DNA of 63,847 bases, counting the filler, from Candidatus Woesearchaeota archaeon (GTDB lineage Archaea > Nanobdellota > Nanobdellia > Woesearchaeales > GCA-2687795), in assembly GCA_030753365.1 (NCBI GenBank). It is 9 parts of 9 records of this genome, joined end to end, with 100 filler letters (N's around TTAATTAATTAA, not from the genome) between each part and the next. Parts side by side here need not be neighbours in the genome. Positions count along the whole stretch, not along the records: positions 22,726 to 41,299 come from JASMCJ010000041.1; positions 41,400 to 45,059 come from JASMCJ010000042.1; 7 more parts are not named here. One strand, given 5' to 3'. The position numbers and the translations under genes were made by a program. The notes under the pieces were generated by a model. That model saw only the letters and a program-made list of their open reading frames with translations, ran no database searches and had not been told where the DNA came from. Positions 30,555 to 41,400 of the stretch are shown here, piece after piece (position 1 is the stretch's first letter; every line of letters starts with the position of its first letter).

Positions 30555-33221
30555 CTAAATCATCTCATCAGCTTGGCTTCCCTTCTTCTGCCCCATCTTA
30601 AAAAAGACTCTTATTATCCTGCTCACAATAACCAAAGCCAAAGTAGCACCCAAAATATATCCCCAATCCATCAAGCTTAATGGGACAGTCTTAAAGAACT
30701 TATTCAAGGGGGTATAAATCACAGCCAGCTGCAAGCCTATTGAAGTCAAAACCGCCAATATAAGATACTTATTAGAGAAAATCCCAATCTTATAATTAGC
30801 TCTTATCATCTGCAATCTTACAATCTCAAACACAACCATAGACGTAAACGCAATAGTCTGCGCCTTAACCAGATTATCTATATTAATCTTAAACAATGTC
30901 AACGCTCCTGTCGCTATAAGAATTCCCATAATAGTAATTGATATAATCATCCTTTTATCAATAATATGCTCCTTAGGATTCCTTGGCTTCTTCTTCATAA
31001 TATCCTTCTCAATAGGGTCAACACCCAAAGCAATAGCGGGCAGCCCATCCGTAACAAGATTAAGCCACAATATCTGAATAGCAGTCAACGGCAGTGGCAT
31101 CCCAAACAGAGAAGCAACAAGAATAATCAATATCTCACCAAAATTGCTTGACAATAAATAATTAATAAACTTCTTAATATTATCATAAATCCCTCTTCCT
31201 TCCTCAACCGCATTAACAATAGAAGAAAAATTATCATCAGTAAGTACCATGTCAGAAGCTTCCTTAGCAACATCAGTCCCTACAATACCCATCGCAATCC
31301 CAATATCAGCCTTCTTCAATGCCGGCGCATCATTCACCCCATCACCAGTCATAGCAACAATATGTGTCTTATCCTTAAGTGCATTAACAATTCTAATCTT
31401 ATGCTCAGGATTAACCCTAGCATAAATTGAAATCTTATTCACAAGCTTCCTAAACTCTTTATCAGACAAAGCATCAAACTCCTTGCCTGCAACCGCATCT
31501 CCTTCTATCCCAAGCTCTCTCGCAACCGCTACTGCAGTCCCCTTATGGTCACCTGTAATCATCACAACCCTAATTCCAGCTTCATAACACTTCTTAATGC
31601 TATCCTTAACCTCCTGCCTGGGAGGATCTATCATGCCCTGCAATCCCACAAATATAAGCCCCTTCTCATAATCTTTCCCTTTAACAGGCTTATATGCAAA
31701 CCCAAGAACTCTCAATGCATCACTCGTAAAACTATCATTCGCTTTCAGAATAGCCTTCTTATCATTAAGTGTTAAAGCCCTAACCTTTCCCTTATCATAA
31801 ATCTTACTGCAATGCTTTAATATAATATCAGGAGCGCCTTTAACATAAGCAATCTCTTTCCCATTAACCTTATGCACAGTAGTCATCCTCTTTGTCTCAG
31901 AAGAAAAAGGAATCTCCTTAACCCTTGCATAATCCTTATTAAGCTTATCTTCCATCAAGCCAGCCTTCCTTGCAGAAACTAGCAAGCATGCTTCAGTAGG
32001 GTCCCCTATAATACTCCACTTATTCTTCTGGTTAACCAGCTTTGCATTATTGCACAAAGCTCCTATCTCAAACAAAAGCCTAAACTCCTTAGCATCAAAC
32101 TTTTTATTCTCAAACAAAAAACTCCCTTCAGGCTTATACCCTTTCCCAGTAGCCTCAACCACCTTATTACTGCAGAAAATCTTTCTAACCGTCATCTCAT
32201 TCTTAGTCAAAGTGCCAGTCTTATCAGAACAAATAATATTAGTGCTTCCCAATGTCTCCACAGAAGCCATCTTCCTAATCAGCGCATTCTTACTAACCAT
32301 CCTTTGAATACCCAAGGCCAGTGAAATAGTAACCACTGCAGGCAAACCTTCAGGAATAGCAGCAACCGCCAATGCAATAGCAATCATAAACGAATGATGA
32401 ACATTAGTTATAAGCGAAGGCACAGTCTTAAGGTTCACAACAACATTCAAAACAAAAATAAAAACACATATAATAATTGTAGCAATCCCAAGATTTCTGC
32501 CTAACACATCAAGATTAATCTGCAATGGAGTAAGTCCTTCCTCAGTCTCCTGAATCATCTTAGCAATCTTCCCAATCTCAGACCCCATCCCAGTCTTAAC
32601 AACAACACCCTTTCCCTTCCCTCTTGTAACAATAGTAGAAGAAAACGCCATATCCCTCTGATCAGCAATAGCCACCTTCCCCTTCAACAGCGCAACATTC
32701 TTAGCCACTGATGTAGACTCTCCTGTAAGAGAAGACTCAAGAATTCCAAGCTCAATAGCCTCTATCAACCTAACATCAGCAGGAATCTTAGTGCCAGTAT
32801 CAATCATCACCAAATCTCCTGGCACAAGCTCTTCAGAAGGAATCTCTCTCTCCTTCCCATTCCTAATAACAATAGTCTTCAACGCAGTTAGTTTCTTCAA
32901 AGCCTCAATAGACTTCTCTGCCTTAAACTCCTGAACAAACCCAAAAACTGCATTAAAAATAACAATAACCAGTATAACAATCCCATCAACAATCTCTCCA
33001 ATAAAAAATGAAATAACTGTAGCAATAAGTAAAATCATAATAATAAAACTCTTGAACTGATTCAGGAAAATAGTCAGCTTAGAAATCTTCTTTCCTTCCT
33101 TCAGCTTATTCCTTCCATACTTATCAAGCCTCTTCTTAGCCTCAGAATCAGACAATCCATTCTGGCCAGTCTTTAGTTCTCTAAATACCTCATCCACCCC
33201 TTTTTGATAAAACTCTCTCAT
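30555..33221 (-). CDS. P-type ATPase, type IIA (Ca2+-transporting-like)
   Basis: TGES, IPEGLP, DKTGTLT, KGAP, TGDGVND, LWLNLVTDG. Confidence 0.95.
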   Translation of the reverse strand: MREFYQKGVDEVFRELKTGQNGLSDSEAKKRLDKYGRNKLKEGKKISKLTIFLNQFKSFIIMILLIATVISFFIGEIVDGIVILVIVIFNAVFGFVQEFKAEKSIEALKKLTALKTIVIRNGKEREIPSEELVPGDLVMIDTGTKIPADVRLIEAIELGILESSLTGESTSVAKNVALLKGKVAIADQRDMAFSSTIVTRGKGKGVVVKTGMGSEIGKIAKMIQETEEGLTPLQINLDVLGRNLGIATIIICVFIFVLNVVVNLKTVPSLITNVHHSFMIAIALAVAAIPEGLPAVVTISLALGIQRMVSKNALIRKMASVETLGSTNIICSDKTGTLTKNEMTVRKIFCSNKVVEATGKGYKPEGSFLFENKKFDAKEFRLLFEIGALCNNAKLVNQKNKWSIIGDPTEACLLVSARKAGLMEDKLNKDYARVKEIPFSSETKRMTTVHKVNGKEIAYVKGAPDIILKHCSKIYDKGKVRALTLNDKKAILKANDSFTSDALRVLGFAYKPVKGKDYEKGLIFVGLQGMIDPPRQEVKDSIKKCYEAGIRVVMITGDHKGTAVAVARELGIEGDAVAGKEFDALSDKEFRKLVNKISIYARVNPEHKIRIVNALKDKTHIVAMTGDGVNDAPALKKADIGIAMGIVGTDVAKEASDMVLTDDNFSSIVNAVEEGRGIYDNIKKFINYLLSSNFGEILIILVASLFGMPLPLTAIQILWLNLVTDGLPAIALGVDPIEKDIMKKKPRNPKEHIIDKRMIISITIMGILIATGALTLFKINIDNLVKAQTIAFTSMVVFEIVRLQMIRANYKIGIFSNKYLILAVLTSIGLQLAVIYTPLNKFFKTVPLSLMDWGYILGATLALVIVSRIIRVFFKMGQKKGSQADEMI

Positions 33222-33334
33222 TATATAAAAATAATAATGTTAATTGTATAAAAAGATATTGATTTCTCTAAAACACCCCTTTCCAACATCCACTTTCCAC
33301 AATCTTTTTAAACCAACTTGCAATCAGAGGTATT

Positions 33335-35560
33335 ATGGCATACACATTACTCATAGCAGAAAAGCCGCAGGCAGCAAGCAAGATTGCAGACGCTCTTGCA
33401 GACACAAAGCCAGTAAAAGAAAACATAAGCGGCATCCCTTATTATAGGTTAACCCACAACAATAAGGAAATTGTAGTAGTCTGCGCAGTAGGCCATCTCT
33501 ACAACCTTGCCCAAAAAGAAGGCAAGAAATGGACATATCCAATCTTTGACATAGAATGGAAAGAATCCGCATCAATAAACAAAAACTCAGCCTTCACAAA
33601 AAAATATCTCACAGTCATAAAAAAGATGGCAAAAGAAGCAGACGCTTACGTAGTCTGCTGCGATTATGACCAGGAAGGCAGTGTCATAGGCATGAACGTC
33701 ATAAAATACGCCTGCAAGCAAAAAGATGCTGCAAGGATGAAATTCTCCACACTAACAAAAGCAGAATTAGTAAAAGCATTTGAAACCAAATCTCCCACAC
33801 TAGACTGGGGCCAGGCAAACGCTGGAGAAACACGTCACTACCTTGATTATTACTGGGGCATCAACACAAGCAGAGCCTTAACATCTGCGATAAAAGCCTC
33901 CGGCATGTTCAAAGTCATGAGCACAGGCCGTGTCCAGGGTCCATCCTTAAAACTCATAGTAGACAGAGAAAAAGAAATCAAAGCCTTCAAACCAGTCCCA
34001 TTCTGGCAGATAGAACTAATAGGAGACGTAAAAGAAGGCGAAGTAGACTCATGGCACAAAAAAGACAAATTCTGGGACAAAAAACAAGCAGACACTTCTT
34101 ACACCAACGCAAAAGACTGCAAAACCGCAGTAGTAGACAAAGCTGAGAAAAAGCAATTCAAGCAAGCACCCCCAATACCATTCGACCTAACCTCATTACA
34201 AATGGAATCCTACAGATGCTTCAGAATAAGCCCTAAAGACACACTAGCAGTAGCCCAACAACTATACTTAGCAGGAGTAATCTCCTATCCCAGAACAAGT
34301 TCTCAACAATTGCCTGAAGTCATAGGCTTCAGCAAAATCATGGATGCCCTAACAAAACAGAACAATTACAAAGAACTAGTCACTTCATTATTAAAAAAGG
34401 GAACATTAAAGCCAAACAATGGAAAAAAGACAGACGCTGCTCATCCAGCTATCTATCCAACCGGCATCTTCCCAAAAGACTTAGACCCAAGAAAAAGAAA
34501 ACTCTATGATTTAATAGTCAAAAGATTCCTAGCCACATTCTCAGACCCTGCATTAAGAGAAACAATGACCATAGACATCAATGCCAACAACGAACTCTTC
34601 ATAGCAAAAGGCACAAGAACAGTAGAAAAAGGTTGGCATGTATATTATACTCCTTATGTTAAACTAGAAGAACAGCAGCTCCCTGCAGTCAACAAAGGAG
34701 ACAGTGTTACAGTCAAAAAAGTCCAATTACACAACAAAGAAACCCAGCCTCCTAAAAGATACACTCCTGCTTCCATCATAAAAGAGCTCGAGCGGAAAAA
34801 TCTTGGTACAAAAGCAACAAGATCTCAAATAATAGAAACATTGTTTAATAGAGGTTATGCAAGAGGTAAAGTAATAGAAGCCACTGAGTTAGGCATAAGA
34901 ACTGCTGAAGCCCTTGAAAAATCCTGCCCCAAAATCCTTGACGAAAAGCTCACAAGACACTTTGAAGATGAAATGCAGGACATAGTAGATGGCAAGGAAA
35001 AAGAAGGCAAAGTCCTAAGCGAAGCAAAAGATGTTCTAATGAAAGTCCTCACAGAATTCAAGCAAAAAGAAAAAGAAATAGGCATGATCCTCAGAGATGC
35101 TAACATAAGAACAATCAAAGATGAAAAAGAAATAGGTGTATGCCCTGTATGCAAAGAAGGCAAGCTCACAATAAAAAAAGGAAAAACAGGTTACTATGGC
35201 TCATGTACAGCCTATCCTGAATGCAAGACAATATTTTCAATGCCCTCAGGAGTAACCATAAAAGAAACAAAAGAAGTCTGCGAAGAATGCTCATTCCCAA
35301 TAATCACTGTAGTCAGAAGAAGGCGAACCCAAAAATTATGCGTAAACCCTAAATGCCCTTCAAAACATATTCAGGGCGAGGCAGGAGAAGAAGCTGCAAA
35401 AATAGAAAATGGTGAGCTAAAAAAGCAATGCCCAAAATGTAAGAAAGGCACTCTTGTGCTAAGGTCAAGCATCTATGGCAAATTCTATGGCTGCAGCAGC
35501 TATCCTAAATGTAAAAATACACAAGCCATTGAGAATGGCAAAAAAGAAGAAAAACCTTAA
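33335..35560 (+). CDS. topA: DNA topoisomerase IA with C-terminal Zn ribbons
   Basis: IAEKP, DYDQEG, STGRVQ, ISYPRT, AHPAI.PT, LGTKATR; several CxxC ribbons. Confidence 0.96.
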   Translation: MAYTLLIAEKPQAASKIADALADTKPVKENISGIPYYRLTHNNKEIVVVCAVGHLYNLAQKEGKKWTYPIFDIEWKESASINKNSAFTKKYLTVIKKMAKEADAYVVCCDYDQEGSVIGMNVIKYACKQKDAARMKFSTLTKAELVKAFETKSPTLDWGQANAGETRHYLDYYWGINTSRALTSAIKASGMFKVMSTGRVQGPSLKLIVDREKEIKAFKPVPFWQIELIGDVKEGEVDSWHKKDKFWDKKQADTSYTNAKDCKTAVVDKAEKKQFKQAPPIPFDLTSLQMESYRCFRISPKDTLAVAQQLYLAGVISYPRTSSQQLPEVIGFSKIMDALTKQNNYKELVTSLLKKGTLKPNNGKKTDAAHPAIYPTGIFPKDLDPRKRKLYDLIVKRFLATFSDPALRETMTIDINANNELFIAKGTRTVEKGWHVYYTPYVKLEEQQLPAVNKGDSVTVKKVQLHNKETQPPKRYTPASIIKELERKNLGTKATRSQIIETLFNRGYARGKVIEATELGIRTAEALEKSCPKILDEKLTRHFEDEMQDIVDGKEKEGKVLSEAKDVLMKVLTEFKQKEKEIGMILRDANIRTIKDEKEIGVCPVCKEGKLTIKKGKTGYYGSCTAYPECKTIFSMPSGVTIKETKEVCEECSFPIITVVRRRRTQKLCVNPKCPSKHIQGEAGEEAAKIENGELKKQCPKCKKGTLVLRSSIYGKFYGCSSYPKCKNTQAIENGKKEEKP

Positions 35561-35633
35561 CTTTCTTTTATTCCTAATTTCTCTTAAAATATGCATCAAA
35601 TATATATACTAAATACCCATTCTTCTCTCTATA

Positions 35634-36470
35634 ATGCCTGAAAACATAACAGAAGAACAACTAGCACAATTAAAGCAGAAATCCCTTAGCATAAGGAAAA
35701 GCATTCTCACCATGCTAACAAAAGCAGGCTCAGGCCATCCAGGTGGCTCTTTATCAGCAGCTGACATAGTAACCATACTTTACTTCTATAAGATGAAGCA
35801 TGACCCTAAGAATCCTGAATTAGAGGATAGGGATAGGTTTGTTCTAAGCAAAGGTCATGCATGTCCATTGTTGTATGCAGTATTATCAGAAGCAGGCTAC
35901 TTTCCTAAAGAAGAGCTATTAAAATTAAGGCAAATCAACAGCCTATTACAAGGCCATCCTCATCCTAAAACGCCAGGCATTGAAATAGCCACAGGCTCAC
36001 TAGGCCAGGGCTTATCAGTAGCAAACGGCATAGCCTTAGCAGCAAGATTAGACAACAAAGACTACAAAGACTACAAAGTATACATCTTACTAGGAGATGG
36101 TGAAAGCCAGGAAGGCCAAGTATGGGAAGCAGCAATGACCTCTGCGCATTACAAACTCAACAATCTAATCGCAATTCTTGACCATAACGGACTCCAAATA
36201 GACGGCAAAACAGAAGAAGTAATGGACGTTAATCCAGTCATAGACAAATGGAAAGCCTTCGGCTGGCATGTGATTGAAATAGATGGCCATGACTACAACC
36301 AAATCATAGATGCACTAAACTCAGCAGACGCCATCAAAGATAAGCCAGTCATGATAATCGCAAACACCATCAAAGGCAAAGGTGTATCCTTCATGGAAAA
36401 CAACGTAGGTTGGCATGGCAAAACACCTGATGAAGAGCAGTTGAAGGAAGCGCTTAAAGAGTTAAAATGA
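35634..36470 (+). CDS. Transketolase N-terminal (TPP-binding) subunit
   Basis: [35 protein letters not shown]; 278 aa. Confidence 0.95.
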   Translation: MPENITEEQLAQLKQKSLSIRKSILTMLTKAGSGHPGGSLSAADIVTILYFYKMKHDPKNPELEDRDRFVLSKGHACPLLYAVLSEAGYFPKEELLKLRQINSLLQGHPHPKTPGIEIATGSLGQGLSVANGIALAARLDNKDYKDYKVYILLGDGESQEGQVWEAAMTSAHYKLNNLIAILDHNGLQIDGKTEEVMDVNPVIDKWKAFGWHVIEIDGHDYNQIIDALNSADAIKDKPVMIIANTIKGKGVSFMENNVGWHGKTPDEEQLKEALKELK

Positions 36471-36886
36471 ACAAAATTATTGAAGTATACATAAAGGATA
36501 GAAAAGAACATACTAATGATAAACTTTCTACAGCAGTTTCTAACTTAGGTTATGAGTACTTAATGATTCCTTTTGAAGGTTTTAGGGAAGCCTTGAATGG
36601 AGAACATCTTGAATTAATAATCGCAAATCCAAACTGGAAACCTATAGTAAACCAATATCCTAAACTACCTGCTGATTTCTTTCCTGATGTAGCTTCAATA
36701 CTTCATGAGCAGGGGTATCAAGGAAAAGTCAGGGCAACAAACTGGAAAGAAGGTATACTTGAATGGGGAGATTTCAAAAGAAGCTTTTATAGAGCCTTTA
36801 GAGATTATGATCGTGATTTCATGGAAATCATAAACTCAGAACAGGTAGAGGAATATCTTAGAAGAACATTAGGTTTAACAGATTGA
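36467..36886 (+). CDS. Hypothetical protein
   Basis: ATGA overlap with the transketolase gene; 139 aa alpha/beta pattern. Confidence 0.6.
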   Translation: MNKIIEVYIKDRKEHTNDKLSTAVSNLGYEYLMIPFEGFREALNGEHLELIIANPNWKPIVNQYPKLPADFFPDVASILHEQGYQGKVRATNWKEGILEWGDFKRSFYRAFRDYDRDFMEIINSEQVEEYLRRTLGLTD

Positions 36887-36902
36887 TAATGGAGGTATAA
36901 AA

Positions 36903-37316
36903 ATGAAAGAAGTATTAGGAATTGTAAACTATGAAGAATACTTTAAAAAGAATTTGATGGAAGAAGGTCAAAGGGAAGGCATAGAATTTACCTTTGTTGA
37001 TCCAGAAGGAACTCCAGAAGAAATTGCTCAAGCCCTTGAAGTAAACCCAGATTTAGTGTTCTTTAATTTGATAGGCACTTCTCATCAAGTAGTTGATAAA
37101 CTTAGAGATTATTATAGAATTATTAAAGAATCTCCCTATAAAGGAACTATCTTGACAACAAGTCCTAGTAGGAATTCAGTAAGTGATATTTCACATTTTT
37201 ATAGAAGTACGAGGGAATTAATTACTGATCATACTCTTAAAATAGACGGTGTTTATGGCTCAAGTGTAAAGTCTTTGACAGATAAAATCAAAAAGTACCT
37301 TAAAGCTGAGGAATAA
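36903..37316 (+). CDS. Hypothetical protein, possibly a degenerate receiver-like fold
   Basis: GGAGGT Shine-Dalgarno upstream; NPDLVFFNL resembles receiver beta3 without the Asp. Confidence 0.55.
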   Translation: MKEVLGIVNYEEYFKKNLMEEGQREGIEFTFVDPEGTPEEIAQALEVNPDLVFFNLIGTSHQVVDKLRDYYRIIKESPYKGTILTTSPSRNSVSDISHFYRSTRELITDHTLKIDGVYGSSVKSLTDKIKKYLKAEE

Positions 37317-37350
37317 TTCACCTTATCCTAACAACTCTTTTGAAGCAGAA

Positions 37351-37812
37351 CTACAACCCAACCAAATACAACACCAACCCTATCATCACAAAAGGAGAAT
37401 AACCCAGCAAAATCTTAACAATCTTCTTCTTAAAATCAAGGGAACCAGTAGGCAATCCATACAGGAATATAACTATTGATTCAATAATAAACAACTCTTG
37501 CATCTTTGAAGAAAAATAAAAAATGAATCCAAATAAGACATAGGTTATCTTAGGAACATACTTCTCATAACGCTTTCTAAAATAAATCAAGCATAAAAAG
37601 ACAACAATGCCAATAAAGGAACTTAATATAATATTTAATTTATTAAACGTCAGCATAAACGTTAAGGCTAACGTAACTAATATGTTTTGTAATAATAAGA
37701 AATACTTCCTGCCTTCTTTTAATTCTTCCTCAGCAATCTTCCCCAGAATAAGCCCTCCAACTATCCCAAAATAAGCAACTGCCAATGTTAGGATATAAGT
37801 TAATGGCAACAT
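37351..37812 (-). CDS. Multi-pass membrane protein
   Basis: About six hydrophobic segments. Confidence 0.7.
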   Translation of the reverse strand: MLPLTYILTLAVAYFGIVGGLILGKIAEEELKEGRKYFLLLQNILVTLALTFMLTFNKLNIILSSFIGIVVFLCLIYFRKRYEKYVPKITYVLFGFIFYFSSKMQELFIIESIVIFLYGLPTGSLDFKKKIVKILLGYSPFVMIGLVLYLVGL

Positions 37813-37894
37813 AAAAATAATACATCAGTCATGCTTTAAATAAATTTCCCCAAAAACAAACCTTTATTTACATCAACACTCTACCCAAACCAAA

Positions 37895-38212
37895 ATGCAT
37901 GAAACAGTAATAGCAAACAAAATAATAGAAGATGCAAAACAGCATGGTGAAATAAAATCAGCAGTAATAGAAGTAGGTGAACTAGCCCACATAACAGCTG
38001 AAGAGCTAAGAGAAACACTAAGCAACATGGTCAACTGGAAACTAACCATAACTGAAAAGAAATCAAAAGTAAAATGTGACTGCAGTTATGAAGGCATTCC
38101 TAAAATCATAGAAAGAAAGCATGACCTTCTTTACTTCGAATGCCCAGACTGCGGCAAAGTCCCTTCTGTTCTTGAAGGCAACCAAATCATCATCAAAGAG
38201 GTAGAAGTATAA
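37895..38212 (+). CDS. hypA: Nickel metallochaperone HypA
   Basis: N-terminal MHE; VGELAH; CxC...CPDC. Confidence 0.9.
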   Translation: MHETVIANKIIEDAKQHGEIKSAVIEVGELAHITAEELRETLSNMVNWKLTITEKKSKVKCDCSYEGIPKIIERKHDLLYFECPDCGKVPSVLEGNQIIIKEVEV

Positions 38213-38424
38213 TGTGTCTAGCAATACCTGGTAAAATAATAGAAATCACCAACAACGAAGCAATCATCAGCTATGGAGAAGTCAAAAGAAAAGCCAGATT
38301 ATTAGACCCCTACTTCCAAATAGGCGACTATGTAATAATCAACTCTAAGATAGTCATCCAGAAAGTTCCAGAAAACGAAGCATTAGAAAGCATAAAACTA
38401 TGGAAAAATGCACTCAATCCCTGA
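38212..38424 (+). CDS. hypC: HypC/HupF chaperone
   Basis: MCLAIPGKI, GDYV, EA.E. Confidence 0.9.
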   Translation: MCLAIPGKIIEITNNEAIISYGEVKRKARLLDPYFQIGDYVIINSKIVIQKVPENEALESIKLWKNALNP

Positions 38425-38890
38425 AACCTACTTCCTGAAATACGCATTCCCTTGCGCTTTCATCATAAGAGAAAAGGAAGAAATAAATGAAAATAAACTA
38501 AAAGAACTAGAAACCGCAGCCATAAACAACATTCCCTTAACCAGAACAGAGCTGGAAAAGATCTTCTACAGAGCCTTTGAAAAGATAGAAAGGTTTGCAA
38601 AAGAAACCAATAGAAACAAATGGGACATCAACCTCATAAGAAACTACTTTCTTAAACAACATAATAAAGAAATAGAAGAAGGAAAAGGTTTCTACGCAAC
38701 AGCCCCTCCAACCATCAAAGAACTATCCAAAGTCTACATCGGCAAAGTACTTGAAAAGAACAATGATATTCTAACAATAAAAACAGAAAAAGGAGAAAGA
38801 AAAGTCTTAAACCATTTAGTCCCAGAAGCCCAAATAGGAAACAATATTACTATACATTATGGGTATGGGATTGAAATCATAGAAGAATAA
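38408..38890 (+). CDS. Uncharacterised hyp-associated protein (DUF6390-like) with HypC-like C-terminal barrel
   Basis: KYAFPC at the N-terminus; IG..ITIHYGY.IE at the C-terminus; overlaps hypC. Confidence 0.55.
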   Translation: MHSIPETYFLKYAFPCAFIIREKEEINENKLKELETAAINNIPLTRTELEKIFYRAFEKIERFAKETNRNKWDINLIRNYFLKQHNKEIEEGKGFYATAPPTIKELSKVYIGKVLEKNNDILTIKTEKGERKVLNHLVPEAQIGNNITIHYGYGIEIIEE

Positions 38891-38897
38891 GAACAAA

Positions 38898-39305
38898 TTA
38901 ATACTTTCTATACCTGAAAGCATGAAGATAATTCAGTGCGCTGAATAAATATTTTTCAACAGGGTTTGTTATAACTTTCTCGGAAACAAGATTCGCTAAT
39001 TCTCTATCATATCTTTTATCTTCTCCCATAATAAGAATTCTTCCATCTAAATGGATTTCACCAACAATTCTATTTTGTTCATAATCTCTTACTTCACAGG
39101 CACCAGACATTCTCCTTCTTATCTTCCCAACATTCTCTTGTTGTTCCTTATCCCATATATCAGCATTATGCCCTCATAACCTAGCCCTTATTGAATAATC
39201 AGAAGGATTTTCCACTAATCTAGTAAGTACATTATCACATGAATCTGCTTTTCTAATATCATCCAATTCTTGGATAGGCGCTTCTTTACTATCAGAACCA
39301 ATCAT
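38898..39305 (-). pseudogene. 135-codon ORF interrupted by one in-frame TGA
   Basis: The ATG at 39305 reads 43 codons to a TGA at 39176-39174; the same frame then continues to the stop at 38898. Confidence 0.55.
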
Positions 39306-39332
39306 TTTACAGATAGAAATGAATTATACTTT

Positions 39333-40259
39333 TTAAACCTTTACCCTTCTTACTAAGAAAAGCTTATCTTTAATTCCTAACTCTCCAACCATCACCACAG
39401 AAACAACTCCACCAACAACCAACAAAATTCCAACAGCCTGCACCAAACTCAAAGTGCTTCCTAAAAACAAGTAAGATAACAAAGTAGTAATCGGCGAACC
39501 CAACAACAACACCGAAGTAGCAGTAGTAACCTTCACATCTCTAAGCCCATTATACCATGAAAACACATAAAGGAACAAGAAACCAGAAGTAAGCAAAATC
39601 CAATAAACCTGTGATAAACTAAGAGAGAAAACCGTTCCAATCTGTTTAGTAAACCCAAGATAAACCAAAATAAACATTGAGCCAAAAAACATCCTTCCAA
39701 ACCCAACAACCTTAGGCTCCAACTCTTTCAACAAATGCTTAGAAACAACATTCTCAACAGCCCAAAACAAAGTAGCAATCAAAATCATTAATTCGCCAAC
39801 ACCAAAACCATTCCAAACAAATTTCAACAACAAACCATTTCCAACCAACAACAACACTCCCGAAATCAATATCCTCTTATCCAACCTCTCCCTCAAGAAC
39901 ACCCTTGCTAACACTATAACATAAACAAACATAGTCTTATGGATAAAAGAGCCAGCTGCTCCAGTACTCAATTGTAATCCTTTAAAGAACAATAAAAATG
40001 GAATACTTCCACCAACAAACCCAATCAAAACCAATCTTCTCCATTGCTTTAATGTTAATTCTTTTAGCTTTCCAAAATCCTTAACCAAAACAATGCTTCC
40101 AAAAAGAAACAAAGCCACAATCACATTCTTAGAAAATGTAAAAATGCTTGAATCAATCCCTGAAACTCCAAACTTATTAACAAAAACAGAAAAACCGCTA
40201 ACCAAAGCAGTAAACACTACAAACATCAAACCTCTTCTTTTATTCATATAAACTACCAT
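39333..40259 (-). CDS. DMT/EamA family transporter
   Basis: About ten TM helices in two repeats; FLRERL, GE.MIL.AT.FWA. Confidence 0.88.
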   Translation of the reverse strand: MVVYMNKRRGLMFVVFTALVSGFSVFVNKFGVSGIDSSIFTFSKNVIVALFLFGSIVLVKDFGKLKELTLKQWRRLVLIGFVGGSIPFLLFFKGLQLSTGAAGSFIHKTMFVYVIVLARVFLRERLDKRILISGVLLLVGNGLLLKFVWNGFGVGELMILIATLFWAVENVVSKHLLKELEPKVVGFGRMFFGSMFILVYLGFTKQIGTVFSLSLSQVYWILLTSGFLFLYVFSWYNGLRDVKVTTATSVLLLGSPITTLLSYLFLGSTLSLVQAVGILLVVGGVVSVVMVGELGIKDKLFLVRRVKV

Positions 40260-40328
40260 ATATCACTTGTTTATATAATTTTCCTAGAAAAAGAAAGTTT
40301 ATAAAGATATAATCTTAAAATACAACAA

Positions 40329-41299
40329 ATGGTAAACCAACAGCTAGTAAACTGGATAAAAGCTGAAGAAGTTCAAGGTTACAGTTCTGAGCAATTATAC
40401 AATTCTCTAATCCAACAAGGCTATGCTCCCACTGAAGTAACAGAAGCAATAAATTTTGCCAGCCAGCAACCTCCCCAGTCAACTCAACAATCTGCCAAAC
40501 AACCTTCTCAACCCATTAAAAAGCCAAAAAACCATCTTCCTATAATAGTCATATCTATCATCTTCATAGGCCTACTCCTTGCAGGAGGAGGCGCTTACTG
40601 GTATATCTCATCTCAAGGCATATCTTTAGACTCAGATATCATCGCTTCATACTTTGGAAAAACAGAAGAATCTATGAGTGAATCAGCTCAAAAAACAAAT
40701 GATGCAAACATAGACTTAGAAGCTGACACTGAAACTCTATCTGAAGAGCTTCCAACCTCAGAAGAGCCTCTTCTAGATACTACCTCTTCTGAAACATCTG
40801 CATTAGACACAAGTTCATCAGAAGAACCTCTCTTAAATGACACTCCCATAGACTCACTTTCCCTAAATGATACTCCTTCAGAATCCACTTCCTTAAATGA
40901 AACAAGCGATTGTGACACAATGGACTGCTTTGAAGCAAACTTTGCAGAATGCAAACCTTCAACAGTCACATCAGAACTAGAACCTTCAATAACTTATTCT
41001 TATGAAATTCTTGGCTTAAAAGAAGAACTTTGTGAAGTCAAATCAAAAGCTATAAACATTCCTAACCCCTCATGGATAGGTAAAGAAATGATCTGCTTAT
41101 TTGACAACTCACTTGACTTTGAAACAGCTGCCGGAGACATAAGCAATTGTGAAGGAGAATTATATGATTTGTTATCTGCTGGAGCAACAGCAACTGTTAA
41201 TGAAACTTCTTCCTCAGAACCCCTTCCTCTAGATGATCCTTCTTTAATAACACCTCCTTTAGGTGATGATTTGATGGAAATTCCTCCTTTAGATGGCGC
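40329..41299 (+). CDS. Single-pass membrane protein (helical N-domain, TM, acidic S/T/P linker, Cys domain); 3'-truncated
   Basis: LVNWI....QGY....L...L...GY; TM; repeated SEEPLL(D/ND)T; DCDTMDCF...EC. Confidence 0.7.
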
Positions 41300-41400
41300 N
41301 NNNNNNNNNNNNNNNNNNNNNNNNNNNNNNNNNNNNNNNNNNNTTAATTAATTAANNNNNNNNNNNNNNNNNNNNNNNNNNNNNNNNNNNNNNNNNNNNT

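Noticed and set aside
36055..36078. 9-bp duplication (KDYKDY) in the transketolase gene
   Set aside because: In-frame micro-duplication in a probable loop; no sign of function
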